Source: Amoebophrya sp. A120 (Eukaryota > Protista > Dinoflagellata). From it: DNA of 64,000 nt. The DNA is taken from NCBI GenBank assembly GCA_905178155.1, contig CAJINV010000001.1:15376142-15440141 (forward strand), written 5' to 3'. Positions 24,301-39,000 of this stretch are shown one piece after another; the stretch's first letter is position 1, and every line of letters starts with the position of its first letter. The position numbers were made by a program, and so were the translations under genes. Under the pieces are notes generated by a model. The model was not told where the DNA came from. It saw only the letters and a program-made list of their open reading frames with translations, and searched no databases.

Positions 24301-26529
24301 CGGGACCCCCGAACCGCGATCGCCAGCGCCGTCCGCAGCCGTGCCCGGCAGCCCGAGAGCCGCTGCACTCGCAGCGTTGCCTTCCTGCAAAATGCATGCC
24401 TCTCTCGGTCCAGTTGCCCTCGCAGGCGCCTTTGCCCAGGGGTCCGGGGTTTTTCCGAATCTGGTCGCGCTGGAAGCCTATTGCGAGCCGGACGCCCGGG
24501 CGGATCCCTACGAGGCCTTCGCAGCCGAAGTTGCGAAGATCGTGCGTCTGATGTTCGAAAAGGACGAGCATTTTCTCCCAAACTGCGTCGTTTCTCAGCC
24601 CGGGAACAAGATCTTTCCGCTGCACACAGGCGAATTCTCGAAGGACATGCTGGATCGCTCGACCGAGAGCGTTTGGATTGACGGCGTTTACTTTCTCGAG
24701 CCAAGCACGAGCCTGCCGCGGGGCTTGCTTGAAGCGAAGAGAAAGCTCGCGCGATCCTCTTTCAGCGAGGCGCGCGCGCAGTCGTGGAGTCAGAAGCCGC
24801 GCTACGTCCGTCTTCTGGTCCAGGTGACGCGCCGACTCAGCAACAGCAGCCCGCGGTACTTTCTTGCGAACACGCATCCGGGCCTCTTTGTCGCGGAGGA
24901 AACCGCCGCAGCAGACGCAGAACCCCACCCGCTGCTCTCTCCCGAAGGCATCAATCGCGCAAACAACTTCGACGGCCTGTTCGGCGGCGATCTGCTTGCG
25001 GATGACGGCAGTCCGGCAGACTTCGTGAAAAACCTGAACGCTGGTCGAGCGAAAAGCCGTGGGGCTTTCAATTTTGACGACGACACAGATCCTCATCTTC
25101 CCGTGACCGGGCCCAGCAGCCCGGAGCCAATGGTACAACTCCCGGGCGCGCTGGGTTCCCCGCTGGCCTTCCGAACTAGCGTAGCAGAGTCCACGAGCCC
25201 GCCTGCCTTTCCGCAGCAATTCACTTTCCAGAACGGTGGAAGCGCGGCGTCGAACAGCAGTGCAGTTCGCGGTGTTGACGGGAGAACGAGCAGCGCGAGT
25301 GCGCATTCGGGCTCGGCGAGCAACGGGGCGCCGGTTCACGTGCGCGACGTGGATGTCAAGACTGCAGAGCCAGGCAGACATGAGGTAAGTAAGTAGTTGC
25401 GGAGTTTCGTTCTTTCGATACCGGCGTGCATGGCATTTTTATCTTCCAGATATCGAAAACTAAAGCACAGACTGTTTGCTGTTTTTCATGGCCAAACAAC
25501 ATTGTTCTCAATGACAATGTGAGTGTCATTTGAATTCCAATCGTGACGCTTCTCCCCGTTCCACCTCAGGCACGTCAGCGGTCTGGTTCTAGCTCTCCCT
25601 TCGCCGCAAAGCGCGGGAGAAACTTCGGAGAAGCAGGTCCGGACAAAACCCCAGATCCCGAGCCAGATCCATTTGAACCGGACTTCAGTCGCCTACTCTT
25701 CTGCGACGCAGTAACGCTGGACGCGCGGCGCGACGTTGCCTCGGATAATCGCGACATCGCTTCCACTCTGCTGGGAGAGGACGAGGTAGATGCAACTGAA
25801 GCAGCGGTGGCAGGAGCTTCGCGCAGTCCCGCGCGTCGCCCGGTCGTGACCTCCGCAAAAGCAGCGCTGGCGATGCGGTCCCGGCCGCCGGCCCCGCTGG
25901 CCAAAAACGTGCTTTTTGGCCTCACAGCGTGGTCTTTCGAGGGGTTCGACGCGATCACGGAGCTCGCGCGCTGTCTGCACCCGCTCCCCAACGGTTTTTT
26001 CCTGCAGCAGGTTTCAAACGGGCGACGGTTGAAGTGGAAGACGCGCACTCTGAATGCCCATGAGCTTCGGGCCGTAGCCCGGCGGAAGCTGGAGAAGCTC
26101 ACGCGTTACCAGGACCGGGTAGTGGGTTTGTTTGACAGCTGGGTGTACACGCTGAAATATTGCTTGCTCGAATTGGACACCATCATCACGATCTCGGATT
26201 CGTCCGGCGTCAATTTCGCGGCCCTGCAAGAGATGTGGACCCAGTGGGTGGTCACGCTACGCGACGACGTACTGCACAGCCGCTTGTTCGTGCTGCCGCT
26301 CTTCCCGGAAGTGCAGCGAGCGTGCCTGGGGCGTACAGTAGAGCAGCTGGACGCCTTCGCAATTCCAACCTACGACGAAGACCAACTCCGCGATTGGCTG
26401 CGTCTCGCACGCAACTGTTTGTCGGTGCTGGAATGCTTTTGCGTCCTGGCCCAAGGCGTGTGGTTGCACGCGACGGGCAGTCCAGAGGAGCTGAAAGCGG
26501 TGCGCCAGCCATTGCTACCACATGCGTGA
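21345..26529 (+). CDS. Large hypothetical protein; GT-AG introns 21768-21904 and 25385-25569
   Basis: A 3.6-kb ORF plus flanking ORFs are joined by phase-0 canonical introns (AAG|gtacaa...tcag|GTT; GAG|gtaagt...ctcag|GCA). I recognised no domain. Confidence 0.7.
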
Positions 26530-27250
26530 AGAACAAACACGCGGGGACGCAGGGTCATAGAATACTACAGGACAAGCAGATGATGAAAGAACGGATGACT
26601 CTTGCTCTACAACACGAAGTGACATACTCGAGCGGCAGTAGTGCACGCCAGAATGCCCGCCGGGCAGGTTGCGGTGGTCCTGAGGTAGCCGTTTCAATCT
26701 GTGTTCCTTCCCTCGGCACCAAAGCGAGACGTTGCTGCAGTGTGGCGTGCACTCCTTCTCGATGGTGTGCGTTTTTCCGAGCCGGATCTTGTCTGATTTA
26801 GAACGCAGGCAAACGCAACTCAAACTTCAAACTTGGCCTACATTCAAAGCTGGGAGCGACCCACAATCAAAGCGATCTTCCATCGAAGTGTCAGTTTGTT
26901 TCAGTGCTAATCGATTTTCAGGATGGCATTCATTTTTCTGACTTTTACAGTTCACGTCCGAGATGGGCCACGGATTTCTGCAGATTTTCGAAACGTCACT
27001 ACTTTGAATGTCTAGGAAAAACTAAAACAGCAGTATAACGAAAAACTCGCCACATCATCCAATATCTCCGTTTGAATCCCGAACCTACAGGACCTCTGTC
27101 GAATGGAAACAAGCTTTACATACACTTCATGCGAGTTACATTTTTCTTGGAAGAATAGGATAGCATCGAGGTACTTAGTACAACAGGAACAGGCGACTTC
27201 TAGATCCGTAGCTCTGCCACTTGCGCAATAGATTCACGCTTGACATCAGA

Positions 27251-28837
27251 ATGTTCGGATTCGGGGGCAGTAACAGCGGTGGTGCGTTCGCCGCCCAATT
27301 CGGTGGAGGCAACGGTGGCTCCACCGACCAGCAGCAGTCGCAGAATTTTTTTGGCAGTGGCGTGGTAGCGCAACCCGGCGGCCTACAGGGCGGCGGTGGC
27401 TTTTTGCACGGTACACCGACACAAGACGCAACGGGCGGCGAGCAGGCAGGTGGTGGTGCGCGGACAGGCGGTGGCAACGCCGGTGGGAATACCGGGGATC
27501 AGATAAGTCGAAAAACAACGTCGGTGTCCTGCTACCAAGTGCACCAGATGGTCAGCGAGAACATGAAAAACGGCTCTGACGCCACACTCAAGCTCTACGG
27601 GGAGGAGGTACGTGTACAGTTATAGAAAAGAAGTAGTCGTGTGAACGTGAAGACTAAGCTCAAAAAACAAATAACTCTGCGCTGGTGCAAATGAGGGAAG
27701 GGACATAACTCCTGGTAAGCTTTTAGTTTTTTGATGTTTTTTCTGCCAACGCGTTGGCCTGTGCTTCTTCCCAACCGCGACCTACAGAGGCGCATCTAGT
27801 ATATGTTTTCGTGCGAACACTCCCGCAATTCTATTTCTAATACATACGTCGCTCCTCACTTCCAGGTGCAATACTTGGCTCTGACGGGCGTAATACGGAA
27901 GTGCAACAACGAAGAACGAGACATGGACACGGCTTTGGAGATTTTTCTGGATGACCAGACCGCGGTCGTCAAAGTGCGCAAGTATTTCGATGGGACCAGC
28001 GAGCACGAGGCAGCGCTACACGAGTATACAACAAAGCATATTTTGATGATTTGGCAGACTAAAGTAGATTCTCACTCTCGATCTCGTTTCGATTTCGCCT
28101 ATGGATGGAGTATAATTACTTCTGCCCAGAGGTGAGCTTCACTTTCTCTCTAGCAAAGCAAATACTTGTTCGCCAAACCAAAGAACCTTCACAACAGCTC
28201 TCTCGCCCCGTCCATGATGATTCGTGTAGTTGGAACGGTGCGGATGCACGGTAGCATGTTTTGGCTAGCCGCGATTAAGCTCGAAAAGTTGTCAGAGCTT
28301 GGGCAGATGTATGCCGACGCTATGACTCAGTATCGGCTCCTGCAGAAGTACATGATGAAGAGACAGGAAGAACTCGCACAGCAGGGCCAGCTACAACAAC
28401 CAGGAGCGGCCGGCGCTGTTATTAATGCTGGAGGCCAGCACCAGCAACCATTAACTGTAGGTAGCAACAATCTCGTTTCTGGTGGCCTTCCCCCTTCTGC
28501 CGCTGCCGGGCACCCCGCCGGCGGGTCTGGGCTGCCGCAGATGAATGTCGTGAACATGATGGCGCAGCAGCGGCAGCAGGCGCAAATGCAGCAGCAAATG
28601 CAGCAACAACACGGAACGTTGTCGGGCACGCAGCTCCGCGACGGCATCTTGCGTGTTTTGCGGGACGGCACCAAGGACATCGAAAAGCCGGACGGACTGA
28701 CACTAGACGATATCACCGCGCAACTGGGCGCCGGTGCCGACAAGCAGGAAGTGGCGCGATTTGTGCAGGACCTCTGCAACGACGGACAGATTTTCACTGG
28801 CGACACGGATGACAGGTATCTTCCCTCAGACTGCTGA
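27251..28837 (+). CDS. RPA2: Replication protein A 32-kDa subunit-like; GT-AG introns 27608-27865 and 28024-28197
   Basis: Gly-rich N-terminus (GGGGFL), an OB fold (VQYLALTGVIR...FLDDQTAVVKVRKY...IRVVGTVR), a Q-rich linker and a C-terminal winged helix (GLTLDDI...LCNDGQIFTGDTDDRY). Confidence 0.85.
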
Positions 28838-29780
28838 GCAGAGACACGAACTGATTGCATCGCATACTATACGCGCACAGTACGCGGTCGCGGTCGCGGC
28901 CAGCACGGACGGACGACAATATTCCAGCCATGTTATGGATACGGCGCTCGAAAAACGACCACGAAATAGAACTTCCTTTGTTCGATGCATGGGTCGTCCG
29001 CTTCCGCCCTATTCCAAGAGCGAAAGACAGTGTTTTTATGTTTCTGTTTCGGAACCTCAACCTCAAACACGACAAAAAAATGATCAAAGCGCTGTATCTG
29101 CCTCCACTGGAGACGGCCATAAGACTGTTCAGAGACCCGATCCTCAGGAGTAGTTTCTATTTCTTCATTGGCTGGTCTGAAGCCGCAGTTGAGTGAATCG
29201 TCCATCCATAAGATCACCTCGAAGATGAAACCCAGAGTACAGCGCAGCACGCTTCCACCAACTCGCATTGTTCGATGTTGCGTGTCGTGTTTTTGCCGTA
29301 TGGCAGACGATTTCTTTTACACAGACTCGGATTCATTCGTCTGCACGTATAAAAGCTCCTCATCGATAGATACAAGCTCAAGATCCAGCGGTCTGATTTC
29401 CTATGAGGGATGTGAAACAAAGTGTTTCACAGCGATGACTTCTTTTTTGTCCATGTGTAAACGCCTTCCGCTTCTCCACATCAACACAAACTAGATACTG
29501 CCTCACCTATCTCTCGTACTACACCCTGTGCAGTTCTTGGTGATCATTTTTAGCTACAAATATGCAGAAATAGGTGGACCCATGATATGAGGCTATAGAT
29601 GATGGAGCTTGCGCTTGCCTCGGCCGCCTGTGCAAAAATGAATCTCATGCCTAAGCCTGTGCTCGGAAGGTCGTTCTGCAAAAAGAGACATCTTCCGCGC
29701 TCGCGTGGTCCTGCGCGAAGCCCGAACCCAATGTAGATACGTTCCACTGGCGCAGCGGATAAATCAAGACGACGAGGACC

Positions 29781-32700
29781 ATGAGAGGCTCCAAAAACCA
29801 TGAAGCTTCTTCATGCCTCGGGCGGCCCAGCAGATTTTCACCATTTCCCTCACTGCCCCTCGCGGTACTGCCTCTCCTACCTCTACTTTTTCCGGTCCAG
29901 TACGAGGTACCACACGTTGAAGGTGCTGCGTTTCGTGAGCTTTTTCGCTGCTCCGGCTTGCGAAAAGAGGACTGCGTTGGGAGACGTAGCAGACGTACCT
30001 GGGACGAAGACGCGCGCCTGCAGGAAAGAGTGTACCTGGGGACGGGGGATTTGTTTGCACCGATTGACTTGCAGGAGCAACAGCGTCCGTATGATGATCA
30101 CGAGGCGTTCTATTCGACGAACACGACTCCACGCGGGGATGATGACCGAATGATCCCCGGACGAGGACCGGGCAGTGCAGTGGCGAGCCAAGCGCAAGCG
30201 CGTCCTTCGGAAAGAACAACTCCGATGAAAACTGAGAAACCACCCTTTTCATCTACTTCACAATCCAACGTCGCTCGAGGACCTGGACCCAAGGAACAAT
30301 CAGCAGCTACTTTCAGCAGTACGGGAACAAATCGCCGTGATGCCGCACTGCAGACCGCGCTTTTCAATGTGTCCCAAATTGCACAGCTGGGGGGCTTCGC
30401 CAGTTTTGCCCCCGGGGGAATACTGCAGTCGGCCCTAGTACATCCATCGCTCCCTGCTCCTGTACCGGGAGCATTGTTTGGGTTTCCACGCCCGCGAGAG
30501 CTGGATGACGAAGTTGTGTTCTACAATAACGGCCGCGCGCCATCGCGTGACAAGAATTTCATACCCGTTTACAGTCGTCATGATATAGAGGCAGAGTATG
30601 AAGAATTCCGTACCCCGCCTGGGTCCGAGCGCGAGCGACAGGCAAGGTTTCCAGAGCCGGGAGACTCAGCTGATTTTAAAGCTGACGAGGAGCTGCCGTC
30701 TGCCTCTGCACAGCATTATGCGGGTGGGAATGGCGCTGCAGCTGGCGCGGAAAGTCTTCTCCTGCAAACAAACAGGGATCGCAAAAATGCGGAGGGGAAG
30801 CAACACGAATCCAAATTTTCTGCAACCAGTAGTGATATCACAAGCCATCTTCAGTGTCAGAGTGTTGAGAAGCGGTGTGACGGATCAACAAGTAAAATTC
30901 CTAAGATCGACCACGATGCGGACCTGTCCGCATTTGAGCCTCCCTTCTCTCGGTCCACTTCGCAGGAAGGGCAAATTTCCCGGCTGTCCTCCTCGTTTGA
31001 ATTGGTGTACCTGGATGACCCCAAGGGGACTAACGCTGTCGTGAATGAACTGCCGCGACTCGAGACGGATCCGAACTTTTTGGTCGACGTGAATAACTTC
31101 TTGAACGCGTGCGCGCCCCCTGCAAAAGGAAGCAGCCTCGAGCAGCCGCGCCCCCCGGAGCCTTGCCGCACGGAGCAGATGAACTGCGGACGTGCAACAA
31201 CAGCAGGAGAAAGGCCCCTAACTCACTCGAATCAGGGAGGTTATGCTGACGGGACTGCTTTTCCGAAGGAAACAGAAACGCGAGCGCCGCCATCTCCTTT
31301 AGAAGACGTGCCGCAGCCGAAGATTCTCCGCCACGTTCGGAAATCCCGCCGGGATGTTGAAGCGCCAGGCCGCTCCCCCAAAAGCGGCCAACATTGGATG
31401 GCTGACAATCCTGAACAAAATCTGCTACGCCCGCACCTAGCCCCAAGAAGAACAAAGGGTGACCCGGTTGAGGAGCTCGAGGCCAGCTGCTGTAGTCCTG
31501 GCTACGGCCTAAGTGAGGAGGATTACCGTTGCGCTGCTGAGGCCCGCGCGCTGCGAGAACGACTTGCCCTGCGAGTGGCGACGGGAGCAGCGCCAGACTT
31601 CGCGGAGGTCCTTCTCCCGGGCCCGCTCGAGCGCACCGTGCAGCGGCACCGCCGAGACGAGCACCTCATCCACATTGGACCACGAGACGAGCCTCCGGCC
31701 TGCTTTTCGGCCGCGAGCATGCATGATCCGATCGGAAACGCGGCGGCCGCGGTTGTGTACCCCTCGGTCCAGCAGCACGCAGCGGAGATTCCCGGCCTCA
31801 GTTTGAGCATGCAGGACTTTCTGCTCCTCCTCCAGGCGTATAACCTGGACGAAGCGCGCGTCGCGCTGAGTCCCGTGATGGAAACCACGGTCAGTGCGCT
31901 ATTGTCCGAAGAAGACGCTCGCAAGTGCTTTCACTACGCTTTGGTCTTGAAATTGGTGCCGAAGCACGACGGGCTTGAGAATATGGTTTCTACGCCTGAG
32001 GAGCAACAGGATGACGAACGCGAAGATTTACAAAAGCCGGGTGCTCTTTCACCGGATTCTGGTCTGGACGGCTCATCACCGTCGGGCCCCAGAACTGCGC
32101 TGAAACGCAGTGACGGTAGTATTGATGATGTCGTGCAGATGCAACAAAATAAGCAGGATCCGAAAGGTGAAGGTGATCTTCAAGAAGCTCGGGATTCAAC
32201 AATTGCAGAGCCGGCATCTTTATCTCCCGAGGACCCCGACAGCGAACGGCTCGTGCAATCCTCGCCTGCAATGTTGCGAAGCGCAAACCTACAAAAGAAA
32301 GGAGCACAAAGATCGACCGGCCCAGGAGGTTCTTCCGATGAAGTTGTGTCTTCCACCGGTAGAAGCGCAAGTCCGGTACTACTTACAGCCGTGGCAAGTA
32401 GTCAGGGTGATAGAGGCATGGGTGGCAGTGGCAGCGCTTCCCCCATGGGCCTCACTCTGAAGAAAAATCCCTACAGCTGCAACAACGTGACGGAGGCCAT
32501 CAACGATTATGGCGTTGAGTGTGACCTGTTAGTGCACCGACTGGAGCTGGAGCGCGATTTCCTTGAGGATCGAGAGGAGCTGGAAAAAGCCTCGTGTCGG
32601 CCGCGGGCTGGCAGCAACGTCACTGCCACGATTCCCGAAGAGGAAGAACACGAAGATGAGGCAGAACAGTCGCAGTGGAGTCTGCGAGTGCAGCACCCCT

Positions 32701-34448
32701 CCGGAACGGACCTCTGCTCCTCGGCTCTGCGCCTTTTAGAAAATAATAGCGCAGATGTTGAAGAAAAAGAATGCGAACAAAGTGGTCAAAGGTGGCCACC
32801 TCGTCCGTGGTCTTCGTCCCAGCACGCGCTGCATTCCGAAAAATCAGATCAGATGCATAGAAGGCCGGCCACGGTGGACGGGAGTTCCGAGCAGCTGAAG
32901 CTGAAAAGGGAGAACACCGACGAGGAAAACAGCGACTGGGGTCTAGACGCTACGACCTGCAGTGGGCGGAGTCAGCGAACCACGTCCGCGTGTTCCTCTT
33001 TCGGATCTTCTCAGTCTGCGGAAACGTCATCTGTGAACGGAGGAAACGATGCGTTGAAACGAACAACATCCGGGCACGTCGGTCTCGAAGGAGAGTTCTC
33101 TCCACCTCTACCGCAGCGCGCACCAGCGGAATCTGAAGAGAACAGTTTTTTACGCGAGGGCGTTGACGCGGTGATACAAACCATAACACACGCGGATTCC
33201 GCGAGCGACTTGCGCGGGAATTTGAAGATGAAGTCCGCTAGTTATCCTTCCTCAGCTTCATTTCCGAGCAGTTCTAGCCGGACTCCGAAAAGTCGCGGTC
33301 CCGACCACTACGCGTTCGTGAGAATCGAGCGGCTTAGCACCGGAGAAATCTCGCTGAAGTATCACCTGCATCCGCTGGGTAATAGAGGGAAGAAAAAATT
33401 ATCTAAAAGTAGTTCTGAACCGACGCGAGCCACCAGCACTTTCGATTTGCCATCAGATGATGTGCACGAAGATGAAAGCAGTGCTGCTAGTAGTAGCACA
33501 CCTTCACCGGAACCACAGGAGATTGACAGAGAGTGGCAAGCTTACAGAGCACGGGAAACACAGGGTTTGCGTGCATTGGCGCAAGGATCTTCTGTTTCTT
33601 CTACTGAAGGAGCCGGTCATCTGCACGACAACCAGCGGAGTAGTACCGAAAAGATCCTCCTCGTTCCGGAGGAGCATGTGGCGCGCGTGTGGCGGGCTGG
33701 CCCCGAGCACAAGCAGCGCGGGGTGCCGATCGACGGTCTGAAGTGGATGGAAGAGGAGGCGCTTTTGGGAGGCTGGTACAAGGAAGCGCAGCAGCACCAA
33801 GCGAGTTGGCCGTCGCGGGGCGGGCAACACAAGAAGTACGGGAATCTGGACAGTTACGACGTGGGAACCAACAACTGCCAGCATTTGGTATTCCGGTTTT
33901 TCCGCGACGTCATCCACCTGCCGCAGTGCGGCGTGTACTACTCGAATACGCTCGAGACCCCGCTCGAACGCAGCCGGTCCGACAACTTTGATTCCCGCCG
34001 GCCGACGAAGATCGACCCCCTGTCTACCTCCGAACACCCCTTCGCCTGGGGTTTGCTCGGCGTCAAAGGTAAGTACGTACTTAAATAAAATACAAACATA
34101 TCGAAGATCAAGATTTACGTTGGTTTTCACGAACATACCTGCTACGCCCGCCCACCCTACTCGAATGATACTGTCCACCGGTGTTTGTATGTAACTCCAC
34201 GAGTGTTCAACAGCAATCTGAATCTTCAACGTGAATCTCCATCTGGTGGTCTCTCATTTATTGCCTTTTGATACTCTATACGTATACCTTCATCAGGTTT
34301 GAGCGACCTCTCCGACCAGAGCGATGCGCGCATGGCCTGCATCAGCAATTTTGAGGCGTTTCAAGAGGATTTGGCTACGGGCTACTACGCAAAAATCGAC
34401 CCGCCTCTTTTTGGTCCCAGAACGGATCACAGCCACTTCTTCGACTGA
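29781..34448 (+). CDS. Large low-complexity protein with hydrophobic N-terminus and C-terminal permuted papain-like (PPPDE/LRAT-type) motif; GT-AG intron 34069-34296
   Basis: A 1435-aa ORF with G|gtaagt...catcag|GT leading to a terminal exon ending TGA at 34446-34448. Motifs DHYAFV and YDVGTNNCQHLVFRFF. Confidence 0.65.
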
Positions 34449-36030
34449 AGAGTTCGGATAAGATACAGATGAGAATATTAATCCTACAGTTCAGGAACAG
34501 GATCATCATCATATTTGTTTCGACCCGTGCGGGCTTGAAGTGAAAGATGGCATGGTAAAAGTTCTTGCGCTGGTTCCAACTTCAGTGCTCGTTGTGGCAC
34601 CTGAGTGACACAGTGGCGCGGACGACGTAATTTGTGCACAGCTTCCTGAAGATGCCAAGATTTTGAATCTACTTGCCAGCTTCACCGGCATTTTTGTTAT
34701 TTGGTCTTCACTTTTTTTGCTGTGCACGACGCCGTTCGTCCAGTCCGGTTGTTTTCGAAGGCAGGCTGCCTACAGTTTTTATAATTACGTTATAGAAGAA
34801 AAAGTCGGATGTTGCCAAGGCCATGGCCAACACATACGCACGCGCACTTCATCTCAAAAAATGCAACTACAATAATGAATGTGAATCAATACAGCAATCG
34901 CGAGAAATGTACTCTTCGCACCAAGATCAAGAAAACATGCAAAGAAACGTAATGAATGTTTATTGAATTCATCATGTGTGTATCATGTATCTGTGTACCG
35001 TAGTACAGTAGAAATTGGCTACGAGAACGTTTTTGGTTCTGGAGAAGCAGAAGCTCCTTGTCCAGCCGTAGTAGAGATAGAGACCGAATTCTTCGTCTTC
35101 ATCATCTTGTCTTTTCTGTGAAACGAAATTAAATTGTTGTCGAGCCAACGATGGAGTTTTCTGTTGAAACAAAAAAGTCGCCATCTCCTTCTTTCCTGCT
35201 TGTATAGTATAGTCGGAAATTGGCGATGTGTTTCACAAAACGATCACATCCATCTCGACCGCACTGGTCAATGTTTCAGTTTCTTCCTTCGTGTGTTCAG
35301 CGAAAATTCGTCTGGATTTCTTCATTTCGATGAAGGTAAAAAGGCTGAAGGTTCGCATTGTTGCACGACTTGATGTCGACGCTCAAATGAATCGTACCCC
35401 GTTATTTGTTCTGATGGCGTGCAGCGTGTGTTGATGTGCGTGGGTATCATGATGTCGAAAGTGATAGTGATTCCTGATGTTGCATGAGCAGCGAATTGGC
35501 GAGCAGGACAATCTACGTGTCGGAGATCTCGTGCCTGATATAACAGGATCAACCGAGCAAACGGATGCTGATCATGTCCTGTTCCACATTGCAGCTGCGT
35601 TCGCGTGAGACAACAGTAGCGTCGTGGTCATTTTGGTTCCCTAGGACACTCCTGAATTATTGATTTGATCTACATATGTATGAGCATGATGGCAATTCAG
35701 TAGCTAGCGCTAGTTTCGTAGTGGTACTTGCGTGAGAAGTAGCTGTCGTTTCTTTGCGAGGATGATACCACAAAATCCTCGCCTACATCGTGCGCATACA
35801 CACAATCACGGATCTCTTCCACTAGTTGGGCTATTATTTCCTCCAATCGGTGAAATTCATGATAACTCCGGCGGAAGCGTACCACAAGAACTACTACGAT
35901 GTGTTTTAGAGAGAGAAACGAAGTTTCCAACAAAAATATCGTACACAACTTCATAATCATACCGGTGTTTTGATGCGTAGTTGCTTTTGAAAATACGAGT
36001 AAACACAAATAGAAATAAGACGGAGAAACA

Positions 36031-39000
36031 ATGTCGCCCCCGGAAGACGAGGATCTGGACGAACTGCCCCTGGTGGCAGAGCTGCGCAAGCGCCAGGAGC
36101 GATCGATCGAGTTAATCGACTCTCTGCGACGCGGAATTCTGAATCAGGGGGAGGACCAAGATGAACACGGCACCGACGAGAAGATGAATGTCGAAACTTC
36201 TGACCCTGTGGTCAATCATGTAGGAGCTGGTCGTGCTGACAGCAATCCGCGAAGTAGACCCCACGAGGCTACAGAAAACGGCGCACGAGTCGAAGAAATT
36301 TTGAATGTTACAGAGAGCTTTTCGACTTCGTCACGTGGCTTGGATCCTCTCAGGCAATCCGACACCCACACGTACACAGTCAGCTGCAACACGCCAACGC
36401 CCTGTAAAATTTCATCGGAGCATTCAGTTGTAGATCAGGATCTATATGCAGTTGCAGACGATGGGCGAAATGCTGTGACGCGGCACGGGGATGATGAAAC
36501 AGGCGAGAGCACTATCCGCAAGAAGCCGTGCAGTGACAATCGGAATTATCCTATTGGAAATACGCCTGAGAAGACAGATCCGGAAAAACCCACAGTGCAT
36601 GAGGAAGGAAAGCCGACAGACGAGGACGAAGTCGGAGATGAGCCCGATCCTCCTCACTGCGAAAGCGACGATCGTGAAGAAGATGACGACGCGGTGTTTA
36701 TGGTGGATAATTTCGAGCCTAAAGGCGTCTTCGGTCAACGAGCTGGCGCCTGGTCCGTCTATAATGACATAGGAAACAAGAACCAAAGCTCGCTGGTCCG
36801 TCCAGTCGTCGGAAAAAAGTCTGAGAGCACGACGGGAGATCATTATCCTCGCACAGAGGTGGATGAAGAACAGGGCAGAAAAACTGGCAAGAATAGCGCC
36901 GACGGCGCCGTTGTTCTCACAGGGGAGGAAAACCAAAACGAAAACCTTAACGAAGATGCGCATTCCAATCCAGCAACCGGGTCATCGCCATCGGGACGGG
37001 GTAGGCCGTCGGTTCGAATCACTACGTGCCGCCAGCAGCCGGACCAGGAAGTGCTTGAAAACTCCAATGCTGATGCTGATGCCGGGGAGGAGGAGGAGGA
37101 GTATGCGAGTGAAAGAAGTCCCACCTTTATCGATGTAGAAGAACAACCAGAGCAAGACAGTCGCTATTCGCCTGGAGGGGGCGAGGAAGCGGTATCACTG
37201 GAATCGTCATTCAACGAACACGGGCCTTTCGTCGCAGCCGCAGAAGCAAACCAAGCACGGGAGGACCGACTTGACGAACAAGCGCAAATCGCTTCAAACA
37301 AGGCTACTTGTACTTCTGCAGCAGTTCATAGTTCTAAGAACTCGGAAAGCTGCGAAGATCAAAGCACGCCTCATTTTTTCCAGAGGAAGTGCAGTACTGA
37401 AGTACACGAGCTGCAACAAGTAGTCCTCCGGGAGGAAGCAGAAGAGCCGGATAGGAATAAAAAGAACACAATCTTCGTCGAGGATGTTCATCGAGATTCC
37501 GCGACTTCACATTTGGCTCATATGGTAGAACAAGCAAGCGATGATCTCCACGAGAAACAGACAACGAGTAGTGTGTCTGACGGTTTTGTGCAACGCCGAT
37601 CGGATATCGACCAGGTACTGCGAAAGGAACACATACTTCTTGGCGGAATAAATCCTGGAGCTGGAGGAGGTGGTGCAGCTTTGTCCTCCCTACTCGCCCA
37701 GCAGCGGCCGTGGACGGACAGCGAGAAATCTCTGTTGGATTTGGTGCGGTCCTGCACTTCCAATAAACCGGTAGACAATAATGGTGCGACAAGCAACAGG
37801 CAAGGTGGATCCACGTCATTTGTTCGCGATGACGTTTCGGAGAAGAGCTCCCGGACCAGCTGCACCATGATGAGAGAACACAAGGAAACGCCGACAGCCG
37901 ACCCAGCTACCGTTTTCCCCGGCGTGTCGGCGGAGCAGGAGTCGAGCCTCCTGGCCGAAACGAAATTCATCCCATGCAACAAGGACCAGCTGCTGAAAAA
38001 TCAAGCCTGTACTGGTGGTTCTTCGGGTACGATGATTTCCGCGAACACTGCAACCTCGCGTGGCCTTGCTGGTGCTCTGAACTCCAGCAGTGCATCCTCC
38101 GCGGTATCAAATTCAAACTTGACTGTGACAACGACAGCAGCGGCGCCAAAAACGGTCGCAGCTCCCGCGCTGTCTTCCCGTTTGGCGGAGCTGGGACGGC
38201 GATTCGTGGCCCACCGCACCAACGCCCACGCGTCACCGTTGACCCGAACGAGGTCTCCGCGTTTAGCAAAAGCGGACGGCAGTTCGCAGCGGACCTTCTC
38301 GATCGCCGGCAGTATTGCTACATGCGGGGCGACGTCGCGAAAACCGCTATACACTCCGCAGCAGAATTTGGTTGCGAAGAAAATGGGGGTGCCTGTGGGG
38401 GGAAAGAAAGTGGGACTAGGAAATATGAAAGGCGTGACCGAACAACAACAAACATCAGCAGGGCGGTCGTTCTCTCCGCAACCGCGTGTGCAGACCCATC
38501 ACACAGTCCTTGCTCCGAATTCATCAGTGCGTGCCCCTGGATCCCGGAGTGGCGCAACGAAAAAGGTACCACTATCCTCAGCTCCGAACAACGTGTCTGG
38601 AGGTGCAAAGCCGCTGAAGACCACGCCGCGCCCCGGTAGCCAGGGGCGCAAGGCAAATTTGCAGACCCCGACGACTGCCGCATCAACGAATTCAGGAACA
38701 ACTGGCTCGATGAAGAACAGGAGAAAAGATGCTACACCATTGTCGAACGCAAGCGGTAAAACACTGGTGGAAGCGGCAGCACAAGTAGGTCGTAACGACC
38801 AAGCAGCATCAGCGCTGCAATTCGGGGGCACCGCAGCGATAGGTGGTCCTGCTCTGCGCTCGCGTGGGCAAGGTAAAGCACTGCGGCGCGCGTTCACAAG
38901 TCCGTCAGGCGAAATTGGTCAACTTCATCAAAACGAAAAGGAAAATTTTGGGCCGCTTGATGATGCCAGAAACAATGAGCAGTCGTGTCGGCGACTGATC

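Noticed and set aside
20956-35434. Short protein-like minus-strand stretches (20956-21300, ~29300-29490, ~35230-35340)
   Set aside because: They are short or stop-interrupted, with no recognisable homology or splice model.
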